A DNA stretch of 64,000 nt from Ginglymostoma cirratum (Eukaryota): positions 10,795,415 through 10,859,414 of the forward strand of contig JAHRHZ010000087.1 of assembly GCA_024137785.1 (NCBI GenBank). Reading direction: 5' to 3'. A program made the position numbers and the translations under genes. Positions 12,585-26,165 of this stretch are shown one piece after another. The notes below the pieces were generated by a model, which was not told the origin of the DNA, did no database searches, and saw nothing but the letters and a program-made list of their open reading frames with translations. Each line of letters opens with the position of its first letter. Positions within the stretch are counted from its first letter, which is position 1.

Positions 12585-13128
12585 ATTTAGTGAGGCTTCA
12601 TCTGGAGTAATGTGTCCAGTTCTGATCGCCCTGTTATAGGAAGGATATTATTAAGCTAGAGAGGGTTCAGAGGAGATTTAGCAGGATGTCAATAGGAATG
12701 GAAGGCTTGAGTTATAAGTAGAGGCTGGATAGACTGGGACTTTTTTTAAAAAATGGAGCATAGTAGGTTGAGGGGTGACCTTTAGAGGTTTATAAAATCA
12801 GAAGGGGAATAGATAAGGTGAATGACCAAGTGTCTTTCCCTAGGGTGGGGTTTCAAGACTAGGGGCATATTTTTAAATGTGAGAGGAGAAAGATTTTAAA
12901 AAAGATGAGGGGTAGTTTGTGTGGAATGAACTTTTGGAGAAAGTGGTGGATGTGTGTACAGTTACAATGTTTAAAAGACATCTGAATAGGTACATGAATA
13001 AGAAATGTTTAGAGGGATGTGGGCCAAGTGCAGGCAGGTGAGACTAGTTTAGTTTGCAATTATGGTCAGCGTGGACTGGTTGGACCGAAGGGTCTGTTTC
13101 CATGCTATGTGGCTCTGACTATGATTCT
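12585..13128 (+). mobile_element. CR1 LINE, 5'-truncated (ORF2 C-terminus plus 3' UTR)
   Basis: LVRLHLE*CVQF.SP..RKDIIKLERVQRRFSRM, LRGDL.EVYKI motifs; tail ggaccgaagggtctgtttccatgctatg..ctatgattct. Confidence 0.9.
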
Positions 13129-13519
13129 GGTGGATTGAGGCTGGCCAAGTAAATTTCCTGTAGGATCCTCTGAATCACAAGAGGAGAGCAACTGTAATTA
13201 CATTAACAGAAACCAGGGTCGAATACATCAGGGATGAAAGGACGCCATCTCAATTTACTTGAAACAACATAAAAGACTAAAATTTCTATCATTTCTCTCT
13301 CAATGCTCTCCGCATTGCAGTTATGAATTAGTAAGAGCGGAGTAAGAGGTTAAATTCCAAATTAATTTAGTTTTAATACTTTTTAGCCAATTTTCATTTG
13401 AACATCCTACCTCGAAATTTGGTATGACCTGAAAATGTTTGTGGGGATCACAATTCATGACTAAATTCTGCCTTTTGCTTCCAATGCAAACAGTGCACAG
13501 AGAAAGTTGTTGCTTTACC

Positions 13520-13655
13520 TTTATTCATTCACGGGATGAGGGTGTTGCTGACTAGGCAGCATTTATTGCTCAGACGGCAATAAGAGTCAACCACGTTGCT
13601 GTGGGTCTGGAGTCACATGGGCCAGACCGGGTAAGGATGGCAGTCTCCTTCCCTA
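13520..13655 (-). mobile_element. Short retroposon fragment sharing its 3' tail with the LINE at 36300/39755
   Basis: ttattcattcacgggatgagggtgttgctgactaggcagcatttattgc is the reverse complement of the tail gcaataaatgctggc..catcc..tgaat seen at 40305-40350. Confidence 0.6.
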
Positions 13656-13977
13656 CTGCCAGAGGATTGTGGATTGCCCTCACTAAATTCAACACATTGG
13701 AGTGACACACTGTGAAGATCAGCATGCCTTAGCAACGTTGCAGAAAACAAGGCCTTCCAGGTGCCCTCAGTAGTATGGAAATTAAACCCATATTGGTGTA
13801 CTTATACATCACAAACCCACCATCCAGCCAAGTGAGAACACCTAACCTGCAGTGTGCTGCCTGTTCACTTACCTCAGTGTCAGGTATGATGTTGAGTGGC
13901 TGTACCCGCCTTGAGTAAGGGATGCAAATTTGAGCGAATAGTATGAGTTCAAGCTAGAGCTTCACTGAAGTCAGTTA

Positions 13978-14138
13978 TAGATAACACCATGTGGAGCTAG
14001 AGGAACATAGCAGGCCAGGCAGCATCAGAGGAGCAGGAAAGTTGATGTTTTGGGTCGGGACCCTTCTTAATTTCCTGCTCCTCTGCTGCCTGACCTGCTG
14101 TGTTCTTCCAGCTCCACACAGTGTTATCTCAGACTCCA
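13978..14138. mobile_element. Penelope-like terminal repeat, fold-back pair
   Basis: gtggagctagaggaacatagcaggccaggcagcatcagaggagcaggaaa is inverted relative to tttcctgctcctctgctgcctgacctgctgtgttcttccagctccacac. Confidence 0.8.
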
Positions 14139-17004
14139 CGCATGGTTACAAGCCCTCGCCGTATTGGAGGAGAGAGACTACACGATATGGATAACGTGCC
14201 AGTGGCAAGTTTGAAAGTATCAAAAATGGTGGTATGCTTATAACTAATTTCTCTCCTCACATTTATTTTCCACCACATTCCACAATCTCTCCTGCTATGC
14301 AACTAATATTTGGTATAACCATGCACTTCCTGCTTTCTTCCTCCACTTGGCACAATGCTGTCCTTGTGCTTTTCAACTTTCAGGTACCCAAGAATTGCAA
14401 GCTGCTCAGGCAAAGTTGCAGGGGTATGAAGTGGAAGAGGCAGAATAGACCTTTGATGAAAGGATAAATAGACACTCACTGGCTGTCTCACAGCCAATAT
14501 CCCAAACACTGACACTGCACAACTGAAAAGATCACTTTATGGCAGGATTGGCATGTGATGAGTGGTTTGCAGCCAAGTTAGAGAGTGGGTAGGTGGAGGT
14601 GCTGACTCACCAGATGACAGGATCACACATGCGTTCTGGTCTTGATGACTTGGATACAGACTTTAACTGAGCTGTATACAGAAAAAGGCCAATAGTTATT
14701 AACGCAACTGTTTGGTTCATTGTAAAGCCAGCCAGAAAATTGGGGTCACTGCTAGACTGCAGAGAGCCCAGCAACAATGTTGTCCGTGGCTTTCCATAAA
14801 ATTTGAAACCCATCATTTCCAGAATTGAGTTGGTAACTAACTCAATCAGCGCGATTGTAAATGGACCATGATGTCAACTCTGATAGGCCATCACTTCCGT
14901 TATGCCACAAGCAAAAACCACCCAACATTAGATTCCTGTCATTGAAACTTGACTGAGACCAGGAAAACTCAGCCTACTGCTAGCTACACATTCTCACTCT
15001 GCTCCCATTAACTGTAGCTGCAGGAACTGATGTTCAAAAGAGCTTGCAGGATCTCCCAACATATTGTCCCTTCAGCATATTGAGGGTTGCTGAGGAGGCA
15101 GCCTAGAGAAGTCCCAGTGGCTCCATGGAGCTTGAACCTGTTGTCTTCTCTCAGGAGAACAGCATTTGTCTTCACAACACTGCCTGCTCTGCCAGTGCCC
15201 TTGCTGTTGTCTGCTATTGAGCCAGTCTGGATTGCCATTATCCAGTTTGAGATGATTCAGTTGAAACTGGACCTTCTACAGCCAGAGGCGCTTCAGAGAA
15301 TTCTGCAATGTCACTTGTCATCTCAACAACTGAAAGTCAGCATCTGCCTACTGGCCACGTTACAAACTCAGGAACTGAAACGGTACTGGCAGTTAACTCA
15401 TTGTCATTCTGCATTTGTTGACCTTTGTGTGCAATACAGCTAGATTTAATCTATAAATTTGGTTTGAAATGTTTATTTTGAGATAGCTTTCAATTCAGTG
15501 GAATAGTCAAACATACGGTTCCTGAAGGAAGATTTGGGAACTGGGCTTACTGATAGCTCCGTTGAATGAGCTGATTTACAAACAGCCTGGCTAGTTATTT
15601 CCTCCCCCCATCTCTCTCTCCCACATATGTTATGTAATACATAGTGCAAAGTAGAATTGGCCATTTTGATTTTGAGTGTTCAGGTTAGGAAAAGGCATTC
15701 GGGGTGAACAGGGTTTCTCTGGAGTAAATCAACATTACTTGCTGCCTGGAGTTGCTATCTTTTTGCTCCTTATACTCCTAATGCCCACACAAATGACCTA
15801 CCCATATTGACAGCTGTCATGACTGACACCAAAAGTATGCATGCGTGACATAGATGCCAGTTTTGTCCCAAAACGGTGCCTGTCCTGGTGAAAATAAATA
15901 TAGGAGCTATGTGACTGAATTTTGTTACACCTTTACTTGTTTTTAGTATAAACCGCACAAGCGGCTGCCGTTTTAGTGATTCAGAATGTGATCTTGCACA
16001 TGTTTACTTAATGTTTTGAACACACTGAATGCAGCTGTGCTTGGAGTGAATGGCTCATTAGCTCACAGTTTTGTGCCTTTGGGATTAAGCTTTGGGATTA
16101 TCCAATATTGCGCACCACAGGTGGTTTGCAGTAGAGATGTTTCGTTTTGACTTTGTAACTGGAATAGAATGTGGCTTCATTGATTCTTAAAATACATGGC
16201 TCATGATTTTGGCAAGGAGTATTTTCCTCCTTCCCATTCAATATTTCAGCCCTGTATTTTCAAGACACTGGAATCTTCAGCATAGCAACAATAGAGTATG
16301 ATTTGTGTAGAGACCAAATACATCTGATATTTCTGCTTTCCATTTCCTTTATTTTTAATGAGACTGCTTTGAAACAATTCATCCAATTTGACAACTTACA
16401 TTTTTGCTCTCTAAAAACGAGTATTGATCTGCTGTTCATACTATTAATATGTATTTCATTACTTGAATTGTCACTGATTTCAGACAATTTTTGGTACTCT
16501 GGACATAATATTTGCTGTGTCTAACACCTGTGAATGTTAGATGAGGACAGGGTTTAAAATGGTTATGATTCCCCCGGTGGTAAAATAACTACCCCCCTGG
16601 GTGAGGTTTCAGAAGGTGACACAACTCCATGGAACTGTACCAATAAATTACATAGCAATATATAGAGGTTACAATCCCAAAAAAAAGAACAATGACTGCA
16701 ACCAGTCAATGCTGGTATTTATCTTCAGCATAGGCAAATAATTACAATAAGAAATAAAGACTTGCACGTGTGTGAGCCTTGCATGGCATCCCAAACAAAG
16801 TACTTTTGTAGTTAATTAGGTACTTCATTTTAAGTGTAATTGTTGTCGTCAATTGGAAGCCACGTTGCACACAGCAAGCTCCTTTTAAAGATAATGACCA
16901 GATGATCTTGTTTGTTCAAAAATGATTGCTGAGGGACAGTAATTGATTGGGGTACTAGGATTACTTTTCCTGCTTCTCTTCAAAATGCCATTTTTTCTTT
17001 AATG

Positions 17005-18165
17005 CAGGGAGTTCTGCTACAATGCAATAGTTGCGTTCCTGTGCAACATTGCGTTTATAGAAATAATGGGGTAGACCACCAAAAATAACACTCAAAATCA
17101 CTCAAAAATCTAACACAGGATAACACAATTTGAATAAATGCTTAATTCATATCTAATAATGAAATAAAAGTAAATTTAATACCTTGAAAAATGCCAAGAT
17201 GACTTGATGGGGGAGAAGGTTTTGTGGTTGCTCTGTTGTTAATGCAGGGGCTGAGGGTTGTCATCACCTTCAGGTGCAATTGTAGTTGCAGGGTTAGGGT
17301 GAAACATAGTTATTCCAGAGTGGATTGCTGTGGTTCATTGTCTTCTGACTTTTTTTCTTGGGGGTTGGCTTAAAAAAAGGCATTCAGTTCTTGCTGCTTT
17401 GCTTTTCTTTCATGAAGTTGTTGTTCATAGGGTGCCAAATAAATCTTACTCCACGAACTACTGTTACCCTGTTGTGTTCTACGTTGTAATCGTTGTCCTC
17501 CAAGAGCTCCAACTACTTCTCCATTTCCCTCGGGATAACAGAAGTGGAAAGCCCTCATGGTGCCGCATCGTGGAGTTCTTCATCTTCTTCTCCAGCTTCC
17601 CCATCCCTGCACCACGCACCCCCCCCACCCCCACCCCCAACCCCAGCAACAAGTTGTTGTAGATCAGCTGTAGAGAGGTCTTCACCGTGGGACTCGAGCA
17701 GCTCTTCAACATCCTCACTCTCCACTTCTCCAAATCCAACTTACTCTGCGAGATCAACGCAATGTTCTTTGATTCTTGGGAGCTCCTCTGACAGATCAAA
17801 TGTTTTAAAACCATGAAAAAAATCTGGGAGAAGCTTCCACCAAACTGCATGCAAGCAGTCCTTACTGACATCACCCCAGCCCTCCACAATAACGTCAATT
17901 GCATTCTTGATTTTAAAGCTCTTCCAAATTGAAGAACACAGTCCTTATCCCCCCTCAGTGGCTGCAGTCACCCTCTTGTATGTATGCCTTAAAAAATAAG
18001 TGTTAAAAGCTACTATTGTACCCTGTCCATTGGTTGAAGGAGAGAGGTTGGAATCAATGGATATAACCAACACAAGTTTGCAATTTAGGAATAGCATTCC
18101 CTATTCATCAGTTGCATTATGACCAATTTGTGTTGCTGGAACACGCGTTGTAGCAGAACCCCCTC
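17005..18165 (-). mobile_element. Tigger/pogo DNA transposon, internal-deletion derivative with transposase C-terminal relic
   Basis: TIRs cagggagttctgctacaatgc / gcgttgtagcagaaccccctc with TG/TA flanks. The minus strand reads WKSFKIKNAIDVIVEGWGDVSKDCLHAVWWKLLP..GFGEVESEDVEELLESHGEDLSTADL. Confidence 0.9.
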
Positions 18166-18210
18166 TATTTCACCCACCTGAGGGAGCAGAGAGGACTTTG
18201 ATTTACCATC

Positions 18211-19005
18211 TCAGGTTGGCAACTGTGATTTGAGTGAGTTCCTAGAAGTTTTAGCATGAGACTGGCCCCCACAATCTGGCTAATATTTAGCTGACACATC
18301 TGTCCTTGTGATACACTACCTTCCTACATCAGTTGGAAAGCAAAAATGCTCTTGCCTAATTGAATAATGTTCGACTGTTAGCCAAACAGCCATTTTTCAA
18401 TTTATTTTATATCTGGGTATAGAGAAATGAGAGAAACTACTTTACTTTATGACCTAGTTGTGGCAATTTTAAAATATCCACTTTGAGTCTTGTGTAGAGT
18501 AATTATAGATTGTGTTCAAGTGTATGTTGTGCACAAGCTCCATCCAGTTTTTTTGGGTGTAGCTTCTCCACTAATACAAATGTTTCGGTTTCTAATTCTC
18601 AATCTGATGCAGCCCCACCCCTTCTTATCTCAATCTTGGCCTTGGGTCTACTGGTTTCTATAGCAACTCGAGCTGCAGTTTTCTGTTCTCTCCACAGTCT
18701 GAGTAGCAATGCATAATTGTCACAACTTTCATTCTTAGCCAGATTCCCACAAGATTGGAAACTTATCCCATCATTCCTATAGTATTATTTGATCATGCTT
18801 TCAGTGCGCATAGCTGCATTTGTCTATTCTAAGCTATGAGTCTGCATTTAACAATCCTAATATATTGTCTCACTTCAGTCCCCTTTGGGATTTTGTGATT
18901 TTTTTTTTTTTTTTTCTTCCTCCACGATTTGCGTATCGCAGTGTCTTGGAGATTGATCTTCAATTCCCGAGGGCTCCAGGCAAATCCTAGAGGATTGTCG
19001 ACCTA
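18211..19005. mobile_element. Non-autonomous hAT-like (Tip100-type ends) DNA element
   Basis: Degenerate TIRs tcaggttggcaac / attgtcgaccta, with 8-bp flanks ttaccatc (18203-18210) / ttaacatt (19006-19013). It interrupts the DeuSINE. Confidence 0.5.
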
Positions 19006-19779
19006 TTAACATTTCATCTTAAAGATGGCATCTCCAACAACGCAAAGCTGTTGTCACCGCACTAAAGTGTCAGCCAAAGTTTTAGCGCTGTTTAGTTTTA
19101 CAACTGTCATGTTCAAAGGTGACAGTGCTACTAATTAAACTATGACTGACTTAATTCTTCTTCCTCTTTCCATATACTTTTAACCCCCATTTGTGGTATC
19201 CACTTATTCCATCCAATCTTATCTTGAATCGTAATATTTCGGACTCCACCTGACTGTGAATTCCAAAGACACTGAACTGTGGTTGAAGATGCATCTTGTC
19301 CTGAAGATGTGTATCGGTTCTTGCATTTTGTCTTGTATTTAGTCTATGCGAACTCATCCTGATTTTGGAAAAATAAGTCCATTTCTGTGTATCTTGACTC
19401 AACATACATAATTTTAAACAATACTATCATATTTCTCCATAAACTTTTTTTACTGAAAGTAAAATCAAGTTCCCTATTTCCCCGCATTGGACAGTATTCT
19501 AGTAAGTGTCTATTTAAACCTTTTTATTTCAAACCCTCAGTGTCTTTGTTACATTATATTGTACATAGTATCCTTTACTGAATTGTTCAAGTTTTATTTT
19601 GGGTCATTGCTCGTTATCTTTCGACTTTCTTTCTGTTTCGTTACAAAACTCAGAAAACCATGATCTATTTGACATTTTTACCCACCTGATTCACTGCTCC
19701 CCTTTTTTTGCACTGTGGTCCTGTACTGTCCAATTCCTGTGCTCTTTCATATCACTAAAATTAAGCAGCTTGTGTTTGA

Positions 19780-20340
19780 GCACATTTACAAACAATAAAT
19801 ATCTCTATACTTCAAATTATCACAGATGGACCAAAACAAAACTGATACTGAGCTAAATAAGGACCCGTTGAGATGGCTGACTTAGCATGACCTAGCAATA
19901 AGTGTAGGCTTCAGTGGGTGTCTTAGAAGGTGATACTGAACAATTTAGGAAGGGAATTCCAGAATTTGGGGTCTACACAGCTGAAGGCATAGTCACCAAT
20001 GGTGGCATGAAGGAAGTGGAGGATGGGCAAGACAACAGTGTTGGAATAATGCAGAATTCCTGGAGAGTTGAAGAACTAGAGGTAGGTGCAGGCATGGGGA
20101 GCAACAGAGCCACTGAGTGATTTGTATGCTGGGAGTTGAAAACTGCAGGAGTTTCCAGAGTTGAAGCCAATGTAGGTCAGGGAGTTTTGGAATGGTAAGT
20201 GAATGGGAGTGGTGAGGGTTAAAATATGGGCAGCAGATTAAGATGCATGATGTTTATAGAGGGCAAAATTTTAATATCTGGTAAGATATTGCCAAAATAC
20301 CTGAGACTGAATGGAACTAGGGAACAGGTGATGATTCCCA
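19780..20340 (-). mobile_element. L2-type LINE 3' fragment
   Basis: tttaggaagggaattccagaatttggggtctacacagctgaaggc = antisense AFSCV.P..WNSLP motif. The same family occurs at 56930 and 61040. Confidence 0.65.
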
Positions 20341-20947
20341 GAATGAAAAAAAAGTCAGACTTGTGAATGACCTGTATCATGGTTTGATTCATCTTATATA
20401 TCTCCAAATGAAGCTCCAGCACATGCGTGCATGTGGAACAAGTGATCAGGAATGTTGGACTTTTGTGATATGTATGTTTAAAATAAAACCAACTGGTAAG
20501 GTATATGCCTGAAAATACAGTGCAGGTGAGGTCTTAATGATTAATATTTTGTTGCTTAATAAGCTTATTGAAAGTAATGGAACCAAGAAGGATAGATTGA
20601 TAGATCATGACTGACCTGTATCTTGACTGTAACTGATTAGAAGAATCTACTGAGGGGTCCATGGGCCTATTTTTTTTCCAATAGGTTTCTCATTCCAGGT
20701 AATTTGGATATGTTTTAGTCTTAAAAGAATTTCTCAAATATTTGAGTTTACATTTTTCATGGTGATTGTGGGAGTAATGAAGTATCATAAGTTAGTTCTA
20801 ATGGAGATGGCTTTCTGGCATCCAGTCTAGAAGGAACGACTACAGTCCAAGGGAGACGTTACCTGCAGGTTAGAACTTAGTATGTCAACATGATTGAAAA
20901 TGTTCTATAAAAGCTGAATAACACAGATTCTGGTGATCTTTAAAGTA

Positions 20948-21390
20948 TCATAGATGCATAGAGGTTAATAGCATGGAAACGGGCCATTTGGTCCAATTTG
21001 TCCATGCTGTCCACTTCTTTTTTTTTTCACAATTCATTTTAGTCCCATCTGCCTGTTTTTTGGTCCATATCTCTCCATACCTAGTCCATCCATGTACAAA
21101 ATTGTACTCTCCTTCACCACTACCTCTGGCAGCCTGTTCCACTGTCTGTGTGGGAGGAAAAAAATTGCCCCGGACCCACTTGTATCTCTCCCTTCTCACC
21201 TTAAACCCAAGCCCTCTAGTTTTAGACTTCACTACTATGGAGGAAAGCTGTTGGCTATCTACCTTTATCTATGCTTCTCATGACTTTATAGACCTCTATA
21301 ATGTTACTCCTGCAGTCTCCTATGCTCTGGGGGGAAAGGTCCCAGCCTATCTAGCCTCTCCTTATAAGTCAAATCTTCCAGTTTTGTAAT
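20948..21390 (-). mobile_element. CR1 LINE 3' fragment
   Basis: Minus ORF KSKTRGLGFKVRRERYK..RGNFF; tail tcatagatgcatagag..catggaaacgggcc. Confidence 0.85.
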
Positions 21391-22685
21391 AATGGACATC
21401 TAATAACCTTTTTAAAGCCAAGCTTTAAAAAAAAGTTGGAATGTTGCTGAAATCTGGTTTTTGAATCAAAGTACCAACCATTTTGGCAATTAGTAGCATG
21501 AGGTAATTCTTTGTTTTGTTACACACCACATTTTCACCTTACGGAAAATAAGTTGTAAACAGAATATATTCAATAAATGAGAGACGAGGAGTTGCTTAAT
21601 ACTTCAGGACATGAAAGCGCTATATAAAAAGCTGGTTACTTCAATACAAGGATGAGATTGAACACAGCAGGTGCTGAGGAAAGTAAGATTATCAACGTCA
21701 CAATAGCAAAGTATTAGATATGACCTGCAATAACAAATGTGGCATGGAGATGATAACTAGTGGGTTATTTTAAATAATTTCATCCAGATCATGGAGTTTA
21801 ATTCTATGGGCATCTGATTTGTATTTAAGCTGCTTAATGCCCAAAGTAGCTTGTATTTCAGAATCCATGTAAGAGCATAGCTGTGCATGTGTGTACTTTT
21901 TCCGTATATATGTTTCCATTTTACACTTGCATTTCAGAATTACAGTTTCATATATTCTTAACTTCTGTGACTGAATATTTTCTGGAAAATTTTAACAAAA
22001 AAAGCTCTATTGCATGTGAATAAGTTGACCTTGTTCAGTGGGCATAAAATGTATTTTCCTTCATAGTCCAAAAAAAGTTTTGAACTTGTTCTTGTCCCTA
22101 GATGCTGGCTGACTGTGACAATTTGTCCTATAGTTGGTCACCATTGTTGCCCTTCCATTTAAGAGAAGGTTGGAACTTTGATTGGTCTCATATTTCAGCT
22201 TGAAATTAAGCTGTGTCCATGGAGGTAATTAATCACTTATTCAGACCAGCCTTTGTATAACCCTGGGATAAGACCAATACTAAACGTTCTTTACAGTGCT
22301 CTCCTTTCAGAGAGGTACACTTTTAAAGACACACAAATTGACTGCATGGGAAAACAGTTATTGAAATACAGAACACTCTTGTAGTTGAAGAAATGAACCT
22401 TTTTGAAAATCTGTTTTCTTTATTCAACATTCACAGATCAGTCATGACATCCACAAGAATTACTTGTATAAATTTTCTATTCTGGATATTTCAAAACAAA
22501 CTGCTTTAGTGTTCTTGTGGAATTTTCAGTTTTCTTTATCCCTGAATTCAAATAAAATGTTTCTAAATTGAGCAGAAACTTCATGACCTCAAGATCCAGC
22601 TGATCCAAAAGACAGTTTAATGAATCCTATTTTCATACCCTAATTAATTTATATTCCTTTATAAAGTGTTCCATTGTCTGTAGAT

Positions 22686-22838
22686 AGTAAGAACTGCCAG
22701 TGTTGCAGTCAGAGATAAGTGTGGAGCTGGAGAAGCACAGCGGACCAGGCAACATCAGAGGAGCAGGAAAGTTGACGTTTCAGGTTGGGTCCCAACCTGA
22801 AACGTCAACTTTCCTGCTCCTCTGATGCTGCCTGGCTC
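22686..22838 (-). mobile_element. Penelope-like terminal repeat, fold-back pair
   Basis: Near-perfect hairpin centred at gacgtttcaggttggg-t-cccaacctgaaacgtc. 16-bp TSD tccattgtctgtagat (22670-22685) / tccattgtctatagat (22839-22854). Confidence 0.85.
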
Positions 22839-23057
22839 TCCATTGTCTATAGATTCCCTTTTTAAATATCAGTAATGGCATATTTACTTTAAGAATAATT
22901 TTTTAAATTGTATCCTCCCACAGAAGAATGTTTCAGGACAAAGCATAGATAAATATAAGAGCTGCAAAATGCTGCTTGCTAACATATGGAGTTTTGGCTG
23001 TTATCTTCAGGTGGTAAATTTTTCTTAAAATTTAATCTTTTTTTCTTTTCCTTTCGT

Positions 23058-23078
23058 TCTCTCTCTCTCTCTCTCTCT
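23058..23078. repeat. (CT)n microsatellite
   Basis: About 10 CT units. Confidence 0.9.
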
Positions 23079-24304
23079 TTTTTAAAATTTATTTTTCTGT
23101 AAAATCTATCAAAATTGTCTGATACTTAATCTGCTTTTAGAAAAAAAGGTTTGAAGCATAAAATAGATATTTTTCAGTCTGCGAACAACTACGGTTCAGT
23201 CCTAGCATTCATATCATGCAGTCAAAGGGTTTTGGTTCCAAGTCCAACACCAGGGATCAATATAAAATTCAGGCTGATGCTCTTGTGCACTAATAAGGGG
23301 TGACATCTCCTCATCAAAAAGTTACATGTGTTACTAAGTGCCAACTTTAATATTCTATGTGGGGTTAAAACTGACAGTGCAGTGAAAATACAGTTAATTC
23401 TTAACACATTGGGAGATTGACGATGAGCTGCTATTTTTAATGAGATTAGTGGCTGAGATGCACAATTTACAGATTTCTTCCTTGTCACCTTGCATTATTT
23501 GAGAATTAATAACAGAATGCACATTAAACTTGTAGTTATTTTGAGAGCAATATTGGCCCGACTATGTGCCTTAACACTGTCCAATATAAGAATTTCCTTT
23601 CTGGAAACCAATATATGTTTTTCTGAATGCCTGTCTCTTTGCTTTGTCAGTTAAGACAATTGTTGTTATCAAGGGAGATACACTTTTTTTTTCTTTTGAC
23701 ATTATTTAAAGGGCAGCATTAATACAAATGGTCGTCTTTGAGATAAAAATCATCTTGGATCTTTATTATGTCACCAAAGCTGGTTGGTCGCTTGTTTAGT
23801 TTCGGCTTGCAACAAAACAGTTATATTTTTTCATGTGGACATGTAACCCAAAAGAGAAAAGGCCAAGAGCTCAATTTCATAATGAGATGTGGTAGGCAGT
23901 TCCTTTTTTATTCATGTTTTCAATTGAACAATTGGGTCATCGAATTAAATTGTACGGTGTCAAGTTTCCCAACATTTTCAAAGTATAAGTGGTATAATTG
24001 CCTGTTGGTAATGGCTAAAAGTAATGCCACTAGCAACAGCTTAATTTTTCACTTTGGTTTTGAGTCCTCTCCAAGAAACAAATGTCAACAGTAAGAAGCT
24101 AACCCATGATTCATTTCTTATGAATTATAGTAACCAACGTATACAAGGAAATGATTTTCTCACACCTGTGGCTATGTGGCTAATGCTTGTCATCTTGTCA
24201 ACCTTTGTATGCAGCAGCTGAAATATGGCTTTTTGAGGTAGCATAACTTGCTGGGGTGAGATTTCATTGAACTTAAGGATTTTTGAGTCATTTGGTTTAA
24301 TCAC

Positions 24305-24750
24305 GACCTTCCAAAGCCACAATTCCTAGCCCCAAGAGGGACAAGGGCAGCAGATACATAGAAAGACCACCACCTGCAGGTTCCCCTCCAAATCAGGCAC
24401 CATCTTGGTTTGGAACAAAATCACTGTTCCTTCACTACTACTGTGTCCAAATCCTGGAACTCTCACTCACTGTCCTGTTGGAGGAGATCTGCCAGCTGCA
24501 GTATGGAGTCATAGAGTCCTATAGCTGATCAAGATCCTACTGCAATTTCTGATAACATTCCTCACTGTCCACAATACCGCCTATTTCAGTGTCATTCACA
24601 AACTTAGTAATCAGCCAAATCATTGACCCTGAGGCACACCACTAGTCACAGACCTCTAGTCCAATAAGCATTCTTCCACTATAACTCTCTGCTTCCTACC
24701 ATCAAGCAGTTCAAGAAGGCTACTCACTACCACCTTCTCAAAGGCAATCG
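24305..24750 (+). mobile_element. LINE 3' fragment (same family as 39755-40355) interrupted by an antisense CR1 piece at ~24505-24705
   Basis: ccttccaaagccac..ggacaagggcagcagatacata..accaccacctgcaggttcccctcc, resuming at gcagttcaagaaggctactcactaccaccttctc. The insert resembles 56240-56410. Confidence 0.65.
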
Positions 24751-25639
24751 GGGTTATCGGTTTTAGTTTGTGATCACAGTTATTCAAATATAGTCAGTTG
24801 AATATTTGGAAGGAATTTTCAGATAGGTGATTGAGTTTAAGAAGTAGTAGTTTAGATATGTTACATTAATTAATGAGACAAAGGAAATAAAATGTGCTCA
24901 TTTGTTATAGCTCATTTACTGATCTTGAAGCCATTCTGTTGAATAGAGAAGCAGGAGCAGTGGTTTTGGAGTGGTGCACTGAATGTTCCTGATGGCTTGC
25001 AGTTTTTGGTAGCATTCGATGGCAACCATCTTTTTATTTGTCCCGAGAGATGATGCAGGGGAACTCCTAACCTCAATCTCGCTCTTGCTGTCCCTCACAC
25101 TCTGTCTTTTGCACTCTGCCACACTCCTCCTCACTTATTAATCACCTTACTTTGGAAGCTGGCTGTTTGTCCTGTCAATCACCTGTCTGAATCCTTTTTC
25201 AGTGAGACATTTGTCACCTCCGTGATTCAACCCTTTTGTTTTCATATGTTAGAAATTTTGAAGGTTAGTTACTGCAGTAGTTAAATGAAATCTCACAACA
25301 CAGTAAGTACCAGGAATATTCAGTATTTAAAGAGAGCCCAATATCCAGCTGGATGGGCAATAAATGCTTAACTAATCTATACCCACATCCTTTGAATAAA
25401 CAAAACGTTTGGAGAATGAGCAACATTCATAATAGGCATTAGAGGGAAGAATGTTAGAATCTCATTATAATCAACACCTAGCATTTATAAGCAATGAAAT
25501 TGATTGCTCACTCTCATTGTGATATATCTATGAACGAGAACAAAATAACCTGGGAAATTAGAGGAGTACATAAAAGCTGCCACTCCCCTCAAATTTGATA
25601 AGCATCAGGTTTTGAACCTAGCTTATATTTTATGAACAG

Positions 25640-25751
25640 GACAAACTGCATGCTCCTGATGTACGTGTGACGAGGCTAGTGTTTGATTCGTGGAGAGGGA
25701 CGTTAGGCCACGGGCCAAACACACCATTAGCCTTGAATTTGCTGGGATCAG
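25640..25751 (+). other. Candidate 112-nt exon (DKLHAPDVRVTRLVFDSWRGTLGHGPNTPLALNLLGS), gene unidentified
   Basis: Acceptor cag, perfect donor CAG|gtaagt, a single open frame, and several retained CpGs in CpG-poor surroundings. Confidence 0.35.
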
Positions 25752-25987
25752 GTAAGTTTCAATATTAAAGTCGGCTACCTGTAAATGTCCTGCTTTTAAT
25801 CACAATTTGCCACTGGAGAAATAGGGAATGGTATACTGCTACAAGATTTCTAAATCTGCTATGTTTTAAAGGTACCATCAGTCTTCAAGTGACTGAAATT
25901 GAAGCAAGTGCAAGAAGTGATGGCAGCCACTGGCATGCCACCAGATTTTCTCCTGCTATATGGCTATCTTTCTGGAGAAAATATGAA

Positions 25988-26018
25988 GCTTCTTGGCCTT
26001 TTGGCTAAGATCAAGCGT
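25988..26018 (+). pseudogene. RNU2: U2 snRNA 5' fragment (about nt 4-34)
   Basis: gcttcttggccttttggctaagatcaagcgt vs U2 GCTTCTCGGCCTTTTGGCTAAGATCAAGTGT: 29/31 identical. Confidence 0.92.
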
Positions 26019-26165
26019 CAAGTTATGAGTTATAAGAGCTATTGAGATTGTCGCTGGATCATGATTGGATGTTGGAAGACCTGTTAGTTGAGCTGACCGG
26101 CTATTGGTGAATCTTTATGCTGTCTTCAGCCTAACGCTAATTCAGGAAAAAGCCAACCTAGAGCT

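Larger units (their letters stand above)
16750..19150 (-). mobile_element. DeuSINE (SacSINE1/AmnSINE-like) split into three pieces (~16750-17002, 18168-18210, 19006-19150)
   Basis: Antisense Deu domain gttgcacacagcaagctcc..ataatgaccagatgatc. The pieces are colinear with the uninterrupted copy at 59640-60065. Confidence 0.7.

Noticed and set aside
17330-17904. Overlapping ORFs of 62-141 aa as host genes
   Set aside because: They are off-frame or antisense readings of the Tigger transposase relic.
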